DNA of 64,000 nucleotides from Rhizophagus irregularis (Eukaryota): NCBI RefSeq assembly GCF_026210795.1, contig NC_089429.1, positions 2,170,001 to 2,234,000 of the forward strand, read 5' to 3'. Shown piece by piece: positions 1 to 12,817 of this stretch (position 1 is its first letter; each line of letters starts with the position of its first letter). The notes under the pieces were generated by a model. It saw only the letters and a program-made list of their open reading frames with translations, ran no database searches and was not told where the DNA came from. The position numbers and the translations under genes were made by a program.

Positions 1-415
1 CTTTTTAAATGAGTAGTACGCATAATTGACACCTGGTATTGAAAATCCTGCAAAAATACGCAAATAAAATTTCAGACATTAAGTTATTAATTATTTTATC
101 ATTACTTCTATATTATTTATAAAACAAAATACTTTTAAATGTGAGAAAATAGAATTTATTCTAATTTACCATTTTTTCAATAATATTTTTCTAAAATTTT
201 ACTTTTTAACCCTTAGAATTTCTTCAATTAATACTAAATATTACAATGCGGTTAACGTACAGTAAATATATAGATTAGCCAAATTTAGGCCAAAAATACG
301 CAAACTAATTTTTTATATATAAAAAATTTCGGTAAAAAATACACAATTTTGATGACCTAACTATGGATGGAAAAATACTCTGTCTAATTTCACTATATAT
401 ATATTTCTGGGTCCT
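1..415. mobile_element. Right end of a degraded TIR element related to 46693-47233; left end lies outside the window
   Basis: ctatatatatatttctggggtcct near 392-415 resembles the right TIR ctatacatatattgctcggggtcct of the 46693 element; repeated aaaatacgcaaa subterminal motifs. Confidence 0.4.
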
Positions 416-544
416 ATCTTAATTGGAAGTGGAAGACTGAAAAAAAACCCATCGTAAAAGTTTAATTTATGATACGGGATAATCATATGATTTATGCAGA
501 TATTTCATATTTCTGGGTTGCAATGTGACTTATTTTTTTCGCTT

Positions 545-782
545 TTTGACTAAAAGTCCAAGTACAATCATATATCTATGATACAGGAAAGTTTGAGTTA
601 AATCACAGTAAAACAAAATAAGTTTATATTCAGATTATTAAAAAAATGAACACAAACTTATTTGTTCTCTGAAACACAAATTTTCACAGTTCTTTACATG
701 AGAAAAATAAATAAATATCTGACTATTTCATATAATTTATTTATAATGAATTTTTAGCATGTTAAAAATTAGAATCTTTTTA
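545..782. repeat. Dispersed repeat family A, partial copy 1
   Basis: aaaagtccaagtac...gagttaaatc...gattattaaaaaaatgaac...gactatttca...ttagcatgtt aligns with 11849-12410 and 17781-18330. Confidence 0.75.
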
Positions 783-1277
783 ACAGGAACGAATACTTTC
801 ACTTTTTGAGAATATAATGTTTATATGAATCAAAAATATCACATGAACCAAATTGATTAACTGCACATCTTGTATATATTTATTAAAAATTGAAACATCA
901 AAGCGTTTTTTAAAAACTCGGCATGACACGATCACTTCACCACTCCGATCCCTCCAACCTCACAAATATTGGACTTCTCATTAAATAAAAATGAATGATT
1001 ACGGCTAATTGTTTATATGAATTTTTTGAATATTTAGAGGAATATGAAACATTTTACATTCAAATTTGTTTTGATTATCTTTGGTGTAAGAGTTCTGCGA
1101 AAATTTAGCGGAGATATTATTTGGAAATCCTGGAAGCTTTTATCAGCAAAATTCATTGAAGGTGACAACATCAATTCCGAGTACATTAATCGCTTGTATT
1201 TCAAACTTAAAAATCCTGATACTTGCCCTAATAACTGGAACTAAATATAATTAATTGACTTTATGAAAAACGTTTAA

Positions 1278-2565
1278 CCTTGTCGGACCATTTTCTGAAT
1301 ACCATTTTCCTGAATATACCTTTTCCTGAATCCAATTTTCTGAATGCCTATTTCCAGAAATTGATCATTTCCTGAAACTCTATTTTACCGAATGCCAATT
1401 TCCCGAATCTCAATTTCTGGAATTATATGAAACATCCAATTTCCCGAATTCTTTTATCCTGAATTATTTTATCCCAAATTCCAATATCATGAACCCTGAT
1501 ATTCTGAATAGACATTTTACTGAATTTAATATTATTTTATATAATTTTACATCATAAATTAGAATTATTAATTTCATAAACTCAACCTTTATTTTATTTA
1601 GTATACTAATCAATAAATTATATATAATGTATATAAATATAATATGTAATAAACTAACTTGTATTAAAACAAATACTTAAAATAAATAATGTAATCCAAA
1701 ATCAATGTATATGGATATTTGTATACAAAAGAAAAAAAATATAAACCAAAGATATTATTGGTCTTGTGAGTTCAGAAAAAAGTATAACTGACTTAGAGGG
1801 TGAGGAACACATATTGATAAGTACTAAAGAACATAGTCATGCACCTAAAGCTAACAGAGTTGATGTAGTCAAAACACTTGATATAATAAAGGAATATTTT
1901 TAATGCTTTCTATTGCAACAAATTGATGTGTGGAAATTTTAACTATACTAGCTAGATAATTATTCATAGTATGTAAAAGTAATAAATTAGTGTAAAATTT
2001 TGTGTTTTTATATAGATAAAGTTGTTCATTTAGTAATTTTTCTATTCATAATGCGAAATTAATAAATGTTTAGTAACATACAGTTAGTTTAATATTACAA
2101 AAAGTTGAATCATATTAATAAATCTCTAATAAATTTCATTTATAACCAGTACTTTAAAAAATTTTTACAATTGTTAACATTATATCTGCTTATAATACTG
2201 TATATTTGAATAATAAAACTTATAGTTATCAATAGTTCTTTGTTTTTTAAATTTATTATATATAGTTTATTTATAAATCATACGAAAATATACAGTTTAT
2301 TATATAATTCAAGAAATTGTCCATTCGGAATATTAGGATTCGGAATATTAGAATTAAGGATATTTGAATTCGGGATATTGGGATTCAGGATATTGGGATT
2401 TAGGATTCGGGAAATTAGACTTCAGGAAATGGGATTCGGGAAATAAGGATTCGGGAAATTGTATATTTCAGGAAAATGTTCAGTTCGGAAAATTGGCATT
2501 CAGGCAAATGACTTCGGGAAAAGATATATTCAGAAAAAAGGCATTCAGGAAATCGTACTGTAACC
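1278..2565 (+). mobile_element. Non-autonomous Mutator-like element (MULE) with long TIRs and a FLYWCH zinc-finger remnant
   Basis: Direct repeat aaacgtttaa at 1268-1277 and 2566-2575; TIRs of ~240 bp built from ~15-bp (ttttcctgaat)n subrepeats; a broken frame at ~1698-1894 reads INVYGYLYTKEK/RYYWSCEFRKK/..EHSHAPKANRVDVVK. Confidence 0.85.
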
Positions 2566-2758
2566 AAACGTTTAAATATTATCAACAGATAATTACTTGT
2601 TAAACAAAAACCATAATTTCAATAATGACGTGTCGAATACTTAGGTTTTAAGAATAAAATAATATATAATTAATATGAAAAGTAAACTTTAATATAATTT
2701 GAAGTATTAATACTTCGTAAATACGTTTATTTGATAATGTTTGTATTACATAATTAAT

Positions 2759-4420
2759 TCAAAAAATTTCTTTTAAAAAATATTCAGTATTGATACGTAA
2801 ATCATTATAATTTAAAACTTGAATATCATATAATTCACATTCCTTCACTTTATCTTTCAAAGTAAATAAATCTTCATTTGTTTCACGAAATGTTTCTAAA
2901 ATAGCTAAATATTTAGTTCTTCTCTTTTTAATAATATATTCTTTTATATAAGGAAAAATACCTTTATTTTTTTGTTTATTTTTATTTTTGATTAAAAATT
3001 TTTTAATAAAGGTATTTTGAGAATTTTTTAAGAATATCTCTAAATCATTTCCATTAATTGCAAGTACTAAATTTAAATATTCTAATTTAAAAGGTAGGAT
3101 TTGTCCTAAATTTTGTAATACAACTGAACTAATTATATCAATATTATTAAGGTTAAAATAAACATCAATTGAAAGATAATTAAGATTTTGTTTAAAATTT
3201 TCAATTAAATTGAATGTTAAATTAATAATTTGATAATTTGGTTCAAAATTCAAACTTAAAAATTTAATATTATTACAATATTTTATAATTGATTTAAGTG
3301 ATTGTAATAATTGTTGTGATTTATTATTTGTAACTTCAAAATTTTCTAAATAAACACCAAATTTTTGTATTAATGGTTCTAATGATTCTATATCCTCCAA
3401 AAGTAATGATTTCAATTTGAATGGTTTAGTAATATTAATAATTTGTTGAATAAATTTAGAATCTAGAGAATAACAATAAACAATATGAATTGATTCTAAT
3501 ACATTCAATTGATTAAATACTTCATTTAAAACAACTATATCTTTAAAATCGATATAATAAAATATAATTGTATTTAATGTATTTAAACAATTAGGATTTT
3601 TTAATGATAATAATGAATGATATAAAGGATATTTATTAAAACCAATTATTATCTTTTTAAGATTTCTTTGAGAATCAATAATTTGTGATAAACTTTTTTC
3701 AGTTATAATATGATTATATTCATATGGATATAAAAAATAAAATGATGAAATTGAATAACAATTCGAATAAATAAACATTAAAAATTCAGTTATATTATCA
3801 GTTATTATATCAATATCAATTGATAAATTTTTGATATTATTAATAAAATTTGGTTTTTGTAAAATTAATTCAAAAATATCAGCAAATTTTTCATAATCTT
3901 TATCTGTAATCATTGTAACTTTAAAACTATTCAAATTTACTTCACTTTTAATAAGTACCAAAAATAATGATTTATAAATTAATTTTGTAAAATCTGATGT
4001 TTGTGAAGGTGATAAATTTGTATTTTGCATAGAATTGATAGGAATTTGTTTTCTAGTTGTTGAATTTCCAACCCAATTTCTAATAGAACTACTAAGTTTA
4101 CGTGTATCTAAACTTTGAATAAAACTAGGATAATTAAATAATGTAGTATTTGAAGAAAATAAATCATCATTAATACCATATTCATTTAATTTTGTTTTAT
4201 AATCATCACTTAAATTATTTAAGTAAATATTAATAAAATAATAATTTTTAGGAAGTTTGATTGAAAATGGGTCTTCCCATAATAAAGGAATTGTTAAACG
4301 ACACCATAATCTATTAACCAATATACATGAATGTAATGTTTTATAATCATAATGAAAATATTGTATGATTTCATTTATTAACTCTGGTAAATCTCCTGAC
4401 AATAACTTTGAACATGCCAT
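2759..4420 (-). CDS. Intronless F-box/LRR-like (RNI-like) protein, 553 aa
   Basis: N-terminal F-box-like LPELINEIIQYF..LHSCILVNRLWCRL.IPLLWEDPF, then FNYPSF and Leu-rich repeats; paralogous to the other copies in the window. Confidence 0.9.
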   Translation of the reverse strand: MACSKLLSGDLPELINEIIQYFHYDYKTLHSCILVNRLWCRLTIPLLWEDPFSIKLPKNYYFINIYLNNLSDDYKTKLNEYGINDDLFSSNTTLFNYPSFIQSLDTRKLSSSIRNWVGNSTTRKQIPINSMQNTNLSPSQTSDFTKLIYKSLFLVLIKSEVNLNSFKVTMITDKDYEKFADIFELILQKPNFINNIKNLSIDIDIITDNITEFLMFIYSNCYSISSFYFLYPYEYNHIITEKSLSQIIDSQRNLKKIIIGFNKYPLYHSLLSLKNPNCLNTLNTIIFYYIDFKDIVVLNEVFNQLNVLESIHIVYCYSLDSKFIQQIINITKPFKLKSLLLEDIESLEPLIQKFGVYLENFEVTNNKSQQLLQSLKSIIKYCNNIKFLSLNFEPNYQIINLTFNLIENFKQNLNYLSIDVYFNLNNIDIISSVVLQNLGQILPFKLEYLNLVLAINGNDLEIFLKNSQNTFIKKFLIKNKNKQKNKGIFPYIKEYIIKKRRTKYLAILETFRETNEDLFTLKDKVKECELYDIQVLNYNDLRINTEYFLKEIF

Positions 4421-5029
4421 ATCAAATGAAAAGAGAAATAAGAGAAAAAAGAGAAAGGGAAAGGGAAAGGGATTCTCGAAGTTATAGTGAGTAAAAATAT
4501 GGTAAATTTATATAAATTTAGCCCGTTCGTCGCACAAATTATTACCAATATATTATGCTGCATAAATTTACACATGACAACTACGTTATTGTAATACATC
4601 ACATGATGATCGTCCTTTCGTCAGATGACCTATTCCAAATTAACGAAAAATATTACATTATTACTACATGCTATAAATATATATAATTATGAGAATGACC
4701 CGATTGAGTGGAATAAATAAAATTATTGTTAATGTCAAGATTCTTGTTCATGTCCTTAGTAAAGTCGCCGTTTAATATTTTTTTTGAGTTAATTATTTAT
4801 TTACGAAAAAGTTTTGGATAATTATTGCAATATAAATTATATATTGAAAATAGAAAACAAAGTGATGAAATTGAACCTAAAAATTACTAATTTACCGAAG
4901 TTTTAAATTTTTGATAACAAAATGAAATTTAGCCTTTGAATTTTTCAATGAATAATTTTGATGATCGCTTTTTTACAAGGTTATACAAAGTTTGACATTA
5001 ACGAAAATGTTGAATTTTTAATTTTTATA

Positions 5030-5460
5030 GAATAACCATTTAGTCGTTGAGATTCTGCTACTCAGTTTTTAATAGAATAACTAATATCTAAACATTGAAT
5101 AAAATTAGGATGATTAAATAATTTATTTAAAGGAAATAAATCATTACGAAAGGACCCGAAATATACATGAAAAGATTAAAAAGTATAAAACAGCAAAATA
5201 GTAGCTTACGCGTTTTTTTAGGGCGGAATGATGATAATTTCGGTCAGTGTCCAGAAAGGTAATAGATTCCACCAGGAATTATCTAAAAAAGGAAAGGCTT
5301 TTATAATTTTTTTTCTGTACAGTTCGGAGGTCTTGTTATGAATTATATATCGTTTTATTATTAGTATTATCATTTTTTCAATAGGTGGATCTTCTCATAA
5401 TAAAGAAATTGTTGTACAACACCAATTGTATCCACGAATGAAAATGTTTTATAATTTTTA
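5030..5460 (-). pseudogene. Small relic of an F-box/LRR-like gene
   Basis: Reverse strand gives WCCTTISLL*EDP (~5385-5425) and NDLFPLNKLFNHPNFIQCLD (~5085-5147). Confidence 0.65.
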
Positions 5461-5801
5461 TGTAGAGAATCACCCGACTTGACTGTGCCGACGTAAAGTC
5501 CTCATGAGATTATTATAATTTTTAATTTGCTTTGAGAAAATAATTACATAAAACTTAGCAACAATCACAAACAATTATATACAGTACGTTCCTATAATAA
5601 GAATTTACTTTATGATGTAAAGATTTCTTGTACGCTTATAACAAATAAAAGATATCCGCCAATCTGCATTCTGCGGACCGCCGGATGTAACATATTATTT
5701 TTGGTCCTATTGTTACTAAAGTTGTACAATTACGAAATTGATAAATTTATTTTCATTTTGAAATGAAAGCAAAACTCCTTTTCTTTTACCAATTTACCAA
5801 C

Positions 5802-7432
5802 ATGGCATGCTCGAAAATATTTTTAGGAGATTTACCAGAGTTAATAAATAAAATCATACAATATTTTCATTATGATTATAAAACATTACATTCGTGTATA
5901 CTTGTTAATAGATTATGGTGTCGTTAACAATTCCATTATTATGGGAAGATCCATTTTCAATTAAATTCCCTAAAAATTATAGTTTTATTGATACTATTTA
6001 TGCTTTTTAAATGAGGATAGTAAAGCAAAATTTGATGAATATGGAATTAATGATAAATTGTTACCTTCGAATAATAGATTATTCAATTATCCTAGTTTTA
6101 TTAAATACTTGTATACAGATAAAATATTTTGTTCTATTAAATATTGGGGTGATACTTTAGTAGATAAATATAATGATAAACTAAAAAGCTTAATTTATAG
6201 GTCATTATTTGAAGAACTGAAGGAAATATATATTCTTTTGAAGTGAATAAAAATTATGATAATATGGATTTGATTTTACAAAATCCAAATCTTATATGCA
6301 ATATCAGAAATTTAAATTTAAATGGTTATGCCATTCCATTTCAAGATTTTATTCCACTTTTGAAATTTTTATATTCTAATTGTAATTCAATCTCATCAAT
6401 TATTTTTAAATTTCCTGAAGTTAATTTTAATATCAATAATTATTCATTAGTTGAAGAATGTTTAACACAAATGATTGTTTCACAACATAATCTCAAAAAA
6501 ATTTCATTTGGAATTTTTTATAATTTAAATTTATATAATCCAGTAATCCATTTTTATCATTAAAAAATTCTAATTGTTCAAATACTTTAAATACAATTGT
6601 ATTTTATTTCATTAATTTTAAAAATATAATTAATATTTTACGAGGTTTTTGATCATTTAAATGTTTTAGAATCTATTCATCTTATTAATTGTAATTATTT
6701 AAATTCTGATTTTGTTCAACAAATTATTAAGGTTATTAAACCTTTTAAATTGAAATCTCTGATTATACATGAAATATTACATATAGAATCATTACTACTA
6801 CTATTAGTCTATTACAAAATGTGGTTATTATTTAGAAATTTTGTATTGGAATTTTTTGATATAATAGAAGATTATTATGAACCAAGATCAAAACGACGAT
6901 TATATGAATTTATTATAAAAAGGTTAGATATTTTTATACGAATGTATTAGATGATAATAATATTTACTTAATTATTAAAAATAATCAACATAACATTAAT
7001 TATCTTACTATTGCAGTGAAATTTTATGAATATGATACTGTTTATAATGAATTAAGTTAAACTGTATTAAAAAATTTAGGACAGATTCTTCCTCCTAAAT
7101 TAGAATATTTATGTTTAGTTCTTTTATTTAATACAAGTGATCTGGAAATATTTTTAAAAAATTCACAAAATACTTTTATTAAGAAATTATTAATTAGAAA
7201 TATAGTGATGTATGGAGATGGAGATGGAGATTTTAATATTTTATTTTATATAAAAAAATATATTATGAAGAAGGAAAGGGTTAAATATTTGGCTATTTTA
7301 GAGGAAGATGAATTGTTTTTTCCAAAAAAAGAAGTAAATGAATTTAAATTATATAATATTATAGTTCAAAAATATCATGATTTATGTATTTATAATTATA
7401 GTTATATAATTAATAATTATTTACAATATTAA
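5802..7432 (+). pseudogene. Full-length F-box/LRR-like pseudogene, divergently oriented to 2759-4420
   Basis: ATG at 5802 gives MACSKIFLGDLPELINKIIQYFHYDYKTLHSCILVNRLWCR then TAA/frameshift; several further frameshifts and stops split it into ORFs 6058, 6243, 6750 and 7205; ends in the family motif IKKYIMKKERVKYLAI. Confidence 0.9.
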
Positions 7433-8376
7433 TTAATAAGGGAATTTATTTACAAACCTGCAATAGGATATTCCTAACTGGCATTATGTAATAAACTGAT
7501 AAAGATTAATGAATATAAGATTCCCATTTTTTCAAACTCAACATAATATCTGTACTAATCTTATAAAAGAAAACACGCATGAATAAATCGGTTTTAAATG
7601 CTGGAAATTTCTGGAGAAATTTTCAAAATTCGTTATTCATGACGATTTGATTTTTTTTTTAAAATACATAAATGACGATATTAAACTAAAAATTATATAT
7701 ATATTTTTTACAAAAAGTTGATCCTTTATTATCGTCCATTTATCATTAATCGTTCGTAAAATAAAAAAGAAATGGTTCTTTTTTCTGCAAGAATCCTTTA
7801 GGATTACGGTTTTTAAATAAATAATGTTGTATGTTCTTTCTCGATTTTAATGGGATCCAAGCAGGTCAGCGGCTATTTACATGCGAAGTAATTTGTCATC
7901 CACTTTAATAATGAATTTTCGGATAGTGGTGGTATTATATAGAATGGAGCTTATACTTTCAACGTAATCGAAAAAGCTTCTCGATTAGCTTATTATATTA
8001 CAGAGTATCATCCCTGTATCTCAATAGAGTGGGAAATCAAGAAGATCTAATATAGCAACAATCGCCACATAAAAATATAATGACTTCACATTCCCATCCA
8101 TCATCTGATCAATAGGAAATGATTGGCTAATTATACTATTCACAGAAGAATATGGCCATAGTGTTTTTAGTGAATGATGGACCAATTTGAAATTCAAGGA
8201 TTTCATGGAATTTACGTTTTACTTTTATAGTATTTAATGCCTGTATGTCTTTTTCTGTTCAAAAGTAAATTCATTTATTTCATATTTAAGATGTCGAAAT
8301 TTTGGCCCTAAATAGCAACTTCGATATACCAAGTTTACATTATATTATGAAATTAATTATATACTGTATCTACATT

Positions 8377-8575
8377 CCCTGTAAAAAATCTGATCCGTGT
8401 TTTATCTTTCCATATTTTTTCCGTGAATGTATCATTTTAATGGAATTTATAGCCTTAAATTATGGAAATTTTCATCTCGCTAACACGGATATCCGTGAAT
8501 GTATCATTTTCACGGAATTTTTGCGGAAGACACGGAGAAATACTGGAAATATTCGGATAAAAATTTTTTATAGGG
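8377..8575. mobile_element. MITE with CCCT(G/A)TAAAAAA termini and a 3-bp TSD
   Basis: ccctgtaaaaaa ... ttttttataggg flanked by att/att; internal inverted tccgtg/cacgga motifs; termini shared with 21473-21737. Confidence 0.7.
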
Positions 8576-9868
8576 ATTGTTCGGTATTGCATGACTTGTA
8601 TTAAGTAATAATTATCCTACTAGTCTACTACTAAACAATTGGCAATTCTGGAATCTGAATCTATATTAATATATCATATAGTTACGCGATTTTTAATGTT
8701 CATCTTATACATGTGGCCGAAACTAAGTAATTTCGGGATAATTTGAAACTGAATGCCGGAAGTCGAAATTCGGGCCGAAATTGTTTGGCCAGCACTATAC
8801 ATTTTAACCCGCATTATCCCGTGATTTATAATTCTGACAGGAACTACAAATTTGGTAAGAATTACCATATAATTTCGGCCATGTTCTCCAGAGTTTCGCT
8901 TCGGATTTCGGACTTTCAGATTAGGCTAGATTTTCACATGTATTGATCGTCCATTTATACTAAGGTGTTATTTGAGTTTGATTTTGTAAGACAATAGATG
9001 TTACATAGTATGGCTAAATCTTTGTAACATCAATCCCTAAAATGTAAAAAATTACTCTTTTTTAATTTGATTGTCCTTGGTTTTTGGTTAAAATAAATTG
9101 CTCTTAGAAATATTATTTGTTCTTAATTAATAGTACATTATATTTAATATCAGATATACAATATGTAATGTTTGTGTTGTGTTTAATTTTGAAACAATAT
9201 TATTTTGAATCTTGTAAGTTTTGAAAATGAAACTTTGTGAAAACTCTGCAGATGGTTCGTTCTTAAAATCAAAAATACATAAAATTATTGAAGAGATTCA
9301 GTTTTCATGTGATTGCGTTTATAATGCGTAAATGAACGTGATATATTTTTTTTTTTGCGATAATTAGTTGTCATGTTCTTAACATTTTACTCTTCGAATA
9401 ATATAAATTATATACATTATATTTTTGAAAAAAATAAATATGATAAATAACGATTGGAAATTGTAATAATATCAAAATATTATCAAAAATTATGATGTTG
9501 TTATAACAATATCAAAAAAAAATGAATATTGTCTAAAATTATAGGTTTCGGGTAAAGATGATACTAAATTTTGTAATTTTTGAATAGATTTTCCTCTTTA
9601 GGTTTGGATCAAGTGATTTTATTGAGTATTGATACTGCTGAGCACAATATTAAATTTTTATTATTGTTTCCTTTTATTCTTTTTATATCATTATATGTAT
9701 GTAATGATGTATTTTGTTGACGCAGATCATCGCATCAAAAAATATGGTGTAACAAAAACAGTTAGTAATTAATTGTTTAATAGATATAAATAACGTTAAA
9801 AAAATTTTTTTTTTTTCATAAAATAATTTCATAAACCAAATTTAGTAAATTAACTAGAAAAAATTAAA

Positions 9869-10825
9869 ATGTCTCAATTATCACTTGTTGCCTCAGCGAT
9901 TTCGTCTATAATTAAATGTCCCGTAAAAACATATGATGAATGCAAAGCTGATGGTTTAAAAATTGATCCCGTTCAAATTTTAGATCTTGATACCATTTTT
10001 AAAAAATCTTTAATACGAATTAAAATCAAAGATCTTGATCCTCCTAAAGATGTAACTTTTTTTGATAGTAACAAACTAATTCAAGTTTTCGTCAAACCTC
10101 TCGACACCGGGAAGAGTCAATCAATGTTTGTTGATCCAAGTATCACCGTTCTTGAGTTTAAAAACGTCATTTATGAAAAGTTTGGAACAGATATTAAAAT
10201 GATGCGTCTTATATTTAATGGTAAACAACTGAATGACGAAAAAACTCTAACATCTTACAATATCCAGAAAGGTTGTACAATACAAGTCTTGTCTAAAGTC
10301 GTTGGAGGCTATGATTTTCATGTTATCAGACCTGAGTTATTAAATCCGTCATATGATTATGACTTTAGAGATACACGTGATAATGGAGAAACTTTCCTTC
10401 GTGGAATGGAATTATACAAACGACCTTATGGATGGAAAAGATATGCTCTTAATGTTGCCGGAAGGTATGGATCTGATGCAATATGGTTGGGTAGTGTTGG
10501 TACTAGTTCTCGTGAGTGGCCAGTTTCTTATCATGGAACTGAAGTAGACAATGCAAATCAAATTGCGAGAGAGGGTTTTCGAAATGAAAGAGGATTACGC
10601 TTTACACATGGGACGGGAATATATTCAACCCCTGAAATCAGTATTGCTGAAGGATATGCTACACAATTTGAGCGCCAGAATGCTAGATGGAAGGTTGTTT
10701 TTCAGAATAGAATTAACCCTGTAAGATTAAGTAAGTATCATAATACTTGGCTAGTACCAGATGATGATGATATTAGACCATATGGATTGTGCATAAAAAG
10801 TATTGGCCGTTTAGATAATTATTAA
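9869..10825 (+). CDS. Ubiquitin-like domain (ending in GG) fused to an ADP-ribosyltransferase-fold (PARP-catalytic-like) domain, 318 aa
   Basis: aa 71-147 follow the ubiquitin pattern (IQVFVK...RLIFNGKQLNDEKTLTSYNIQKGCTIQV..VVGG); C-terminal RPYGW, WPVSYHGT, IAREGF, HGTGIYSTP, AEGYA and WLV...IRPYGLCI are ART-fold motifs; uninterrupted ORF. Confidence 0.85.
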   Translation: MSQLSLVASAISSIIKCPVKTYDECKADGLKIDPVQILDLDTIFKKSLIRIKIKDLDPPKDVTFFDSNKLIQVFVKPLDTGKSQSMFVDPSITVLEFKNVIYEKFGTDIKMMRLIFNGKQLNDEKTLTSYNIQKGCTIQVLSKVVGGYDFHVIRPELLNPSYDYDFRDTRDNGETFLRGMELYKRPYGWKRYALNVAGRYGSDAIWLGSVGTSSREWPVSYHGTEVDNANQIAREGFRNERGLRFTHGTGIYSTPEISIAEGYATQFERQNARWKVVFQNRINPVRLSKYHNTWLVPDDDDIRPYGLCIKSIGRLDNY

Positions 10826-11848
10826 AGACATAATAATGTCGAATATTTATTGTGTTCATTTATGCGTATATTAGGTCATTATAGTAAAAAAATTGTAAAA
10901 AATTTAAGACAATTTATTGTATGTATAAAGCAAAACTGAAATAAATTTATAAAATATTGATCTTTTGAGTGTCATATTACAGTAGGGAATTTGATATATT
11001 GATTGGGTTTCGGTGATCATATAGTACAGTATTTATTATTAATCGCCAAAATAAAAACCATAAAGTGCAACGTTATCGTACATTCGTACCACATGTTTAT
11101 CAAAATTATCAAATTATCGGATACAGAACATATTAATATATCTCGTTATAAATCTCTAAATACGAGTTCGTTTCCACAAGATTTTAATTGTTCTACATAT
11201 GGATAAACAAATTTTCTCTTAATTTTATTTATATCAGAATTGCTGTAATCCTTTGAATTTTTGGTCGATTAATTTAATTAATAATATTTAGTATCCTTTA
11301 GTGGAAACTTGATCAAGAATTTCTTACGCCTGAATATAAAATAATGGTAATTCTAACTAAGAAAATTTATAATTTTAAAAATAATTTCATTTTAAAATAT
11401 AAATAATTATTTAATGTTTATTTTATTAAAACTATCTTAAGTATACGCAATGGTATGGTAGATATGATAGTGGAGTTTCGAACTAAAAAAGTAAAGTTTA
11501 CAACACATCTGTATATTGCAATTTATTTGCTGAATATTTATTAATACATCTGTTATATTGAAATTTTTATTTACTGAAAATTTATTAATTTTTATAGAAA
11601 AGATTTCAAAGACAATTGCGGATTTAAGATATTTTTATTTATCTGGATTAAGTACAATTAGAAAATTTTTTTTATTTAGTAGCTGTTGTTAATGTAGATA
11701 TTCAACTTACGTCTAAAAAGTAAATAAAAAATTTGGTATATATTTATCATGTCGATAATAACTAATCCGGAAATATATGTAATAAAATATCTTTTCAAAA
11801 AATACGAAGCTAATGTTTTCCTTTAAGTTGAATTGTATTGTTATTTTA

Positions 11849-12410
11849 TGTACATTTACATGGTTCATGTGAATATGCTTCTAAAGTCTTTAAAATTTTA
11901 TTAATTAACTTGGGTGATATAAAGAGCATGCTAAACATGCTACAATTGCTACATGTGGAAATCTACAGACTAAAAAAAAGATTAACTGCTTTACTTTGCT
12001 CCTAACTATTCCCCCGGACTTGTTTAGCATCTTAAACTATCAACGATAGCTAGGTGGGTCTTCGCGTGATTTATTGTTTTAACTCTTTCGGCGTTGTTCA
12101 CCTACAGTATACTTTATTCTTTTTATTATCTTCTTCCTTTTTTATGACTTTCTTTAAAAGTCTCATGAGTTAAAAGTCTAAGTACGGCGCAGAGAAGATT
12201 GAACGCTTAAGTTAAATCACGGTGAGACAAAATATGTTTATATCCAGTTTATTAAAAAATGAACGCAAATCTTATTTGTTTTCTGAAACGCAGTATTCTA
12301 AATTATTTACAGTACTCTACATCATAGTTGATAAAATAATTAAGTATTTGACTATTTCACATAATTTATTCACAATGAATTTTAGCATGTTTAAAATTAG
12401 AATCTTTGAC
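11849..12410. repeat. Dispersed repeat family A, copy 2
   Basis: tgtacatttac..ggttcatgtga, aaactatcaacgata, cggcgttgttcacctaca and ttttatgactttctttaaaagt are collinear with 17781-18330. Confidence 0.8.
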
Positions 12411-12817
12411 GGTGATCTAGTTTTATCACAATATAAAGAATTTGTGGGTGTTATTGACGAAAATGGTCCAAAGGTTTGCCAAATATGAAACTGTTTGATT
12501 AGAAAAGACTTTAGTCAATTTTTATTGGCTAACACTAAGAAGCGGAAACCGTCGTAAGTCCAGAGCGATAAAAGAATTTGCGATTTCATTGGATGACGTC
12601 TCGTTCTCACGTGAGGGGACTGAGCGATACACGTTTTTTCTTATTTTATTATTGCCATTTTTAAAGGTTGATTTGATATCACAATTTTTCTCACGTACAA
12701 AACTTTTTCTTTTTATAAATAAACTCTTTACATACTACATACTCTGAACTAGAAATCTTTGTATATTTACTGCTTAACTTTTAGATCACACCTTAGTACT
12801 TCGTTCACACTCACAGT

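Noticed and set aside
1290..1525. Regularly spaced short repeats suggestive of a CRISPR array
   Set aside because: Units are ~15 bp, degenerate and have no unique spacers; they mirror 2320-2560 as a TIR; the context is eukaryotic and has no cas genes
2240..2603. ORFs with repetitive FGILG / WDSG peptides
   Set aside because: They are translations of the 15-bp TIR subrepeats of the MULE-like element
8708..8943. Possible TIR element bounded by tacatgtg/cacatgta with ggccgaaa repeats
   Set aside because: The inverted match is only ~9 bp and the boundaries could not be confirmed
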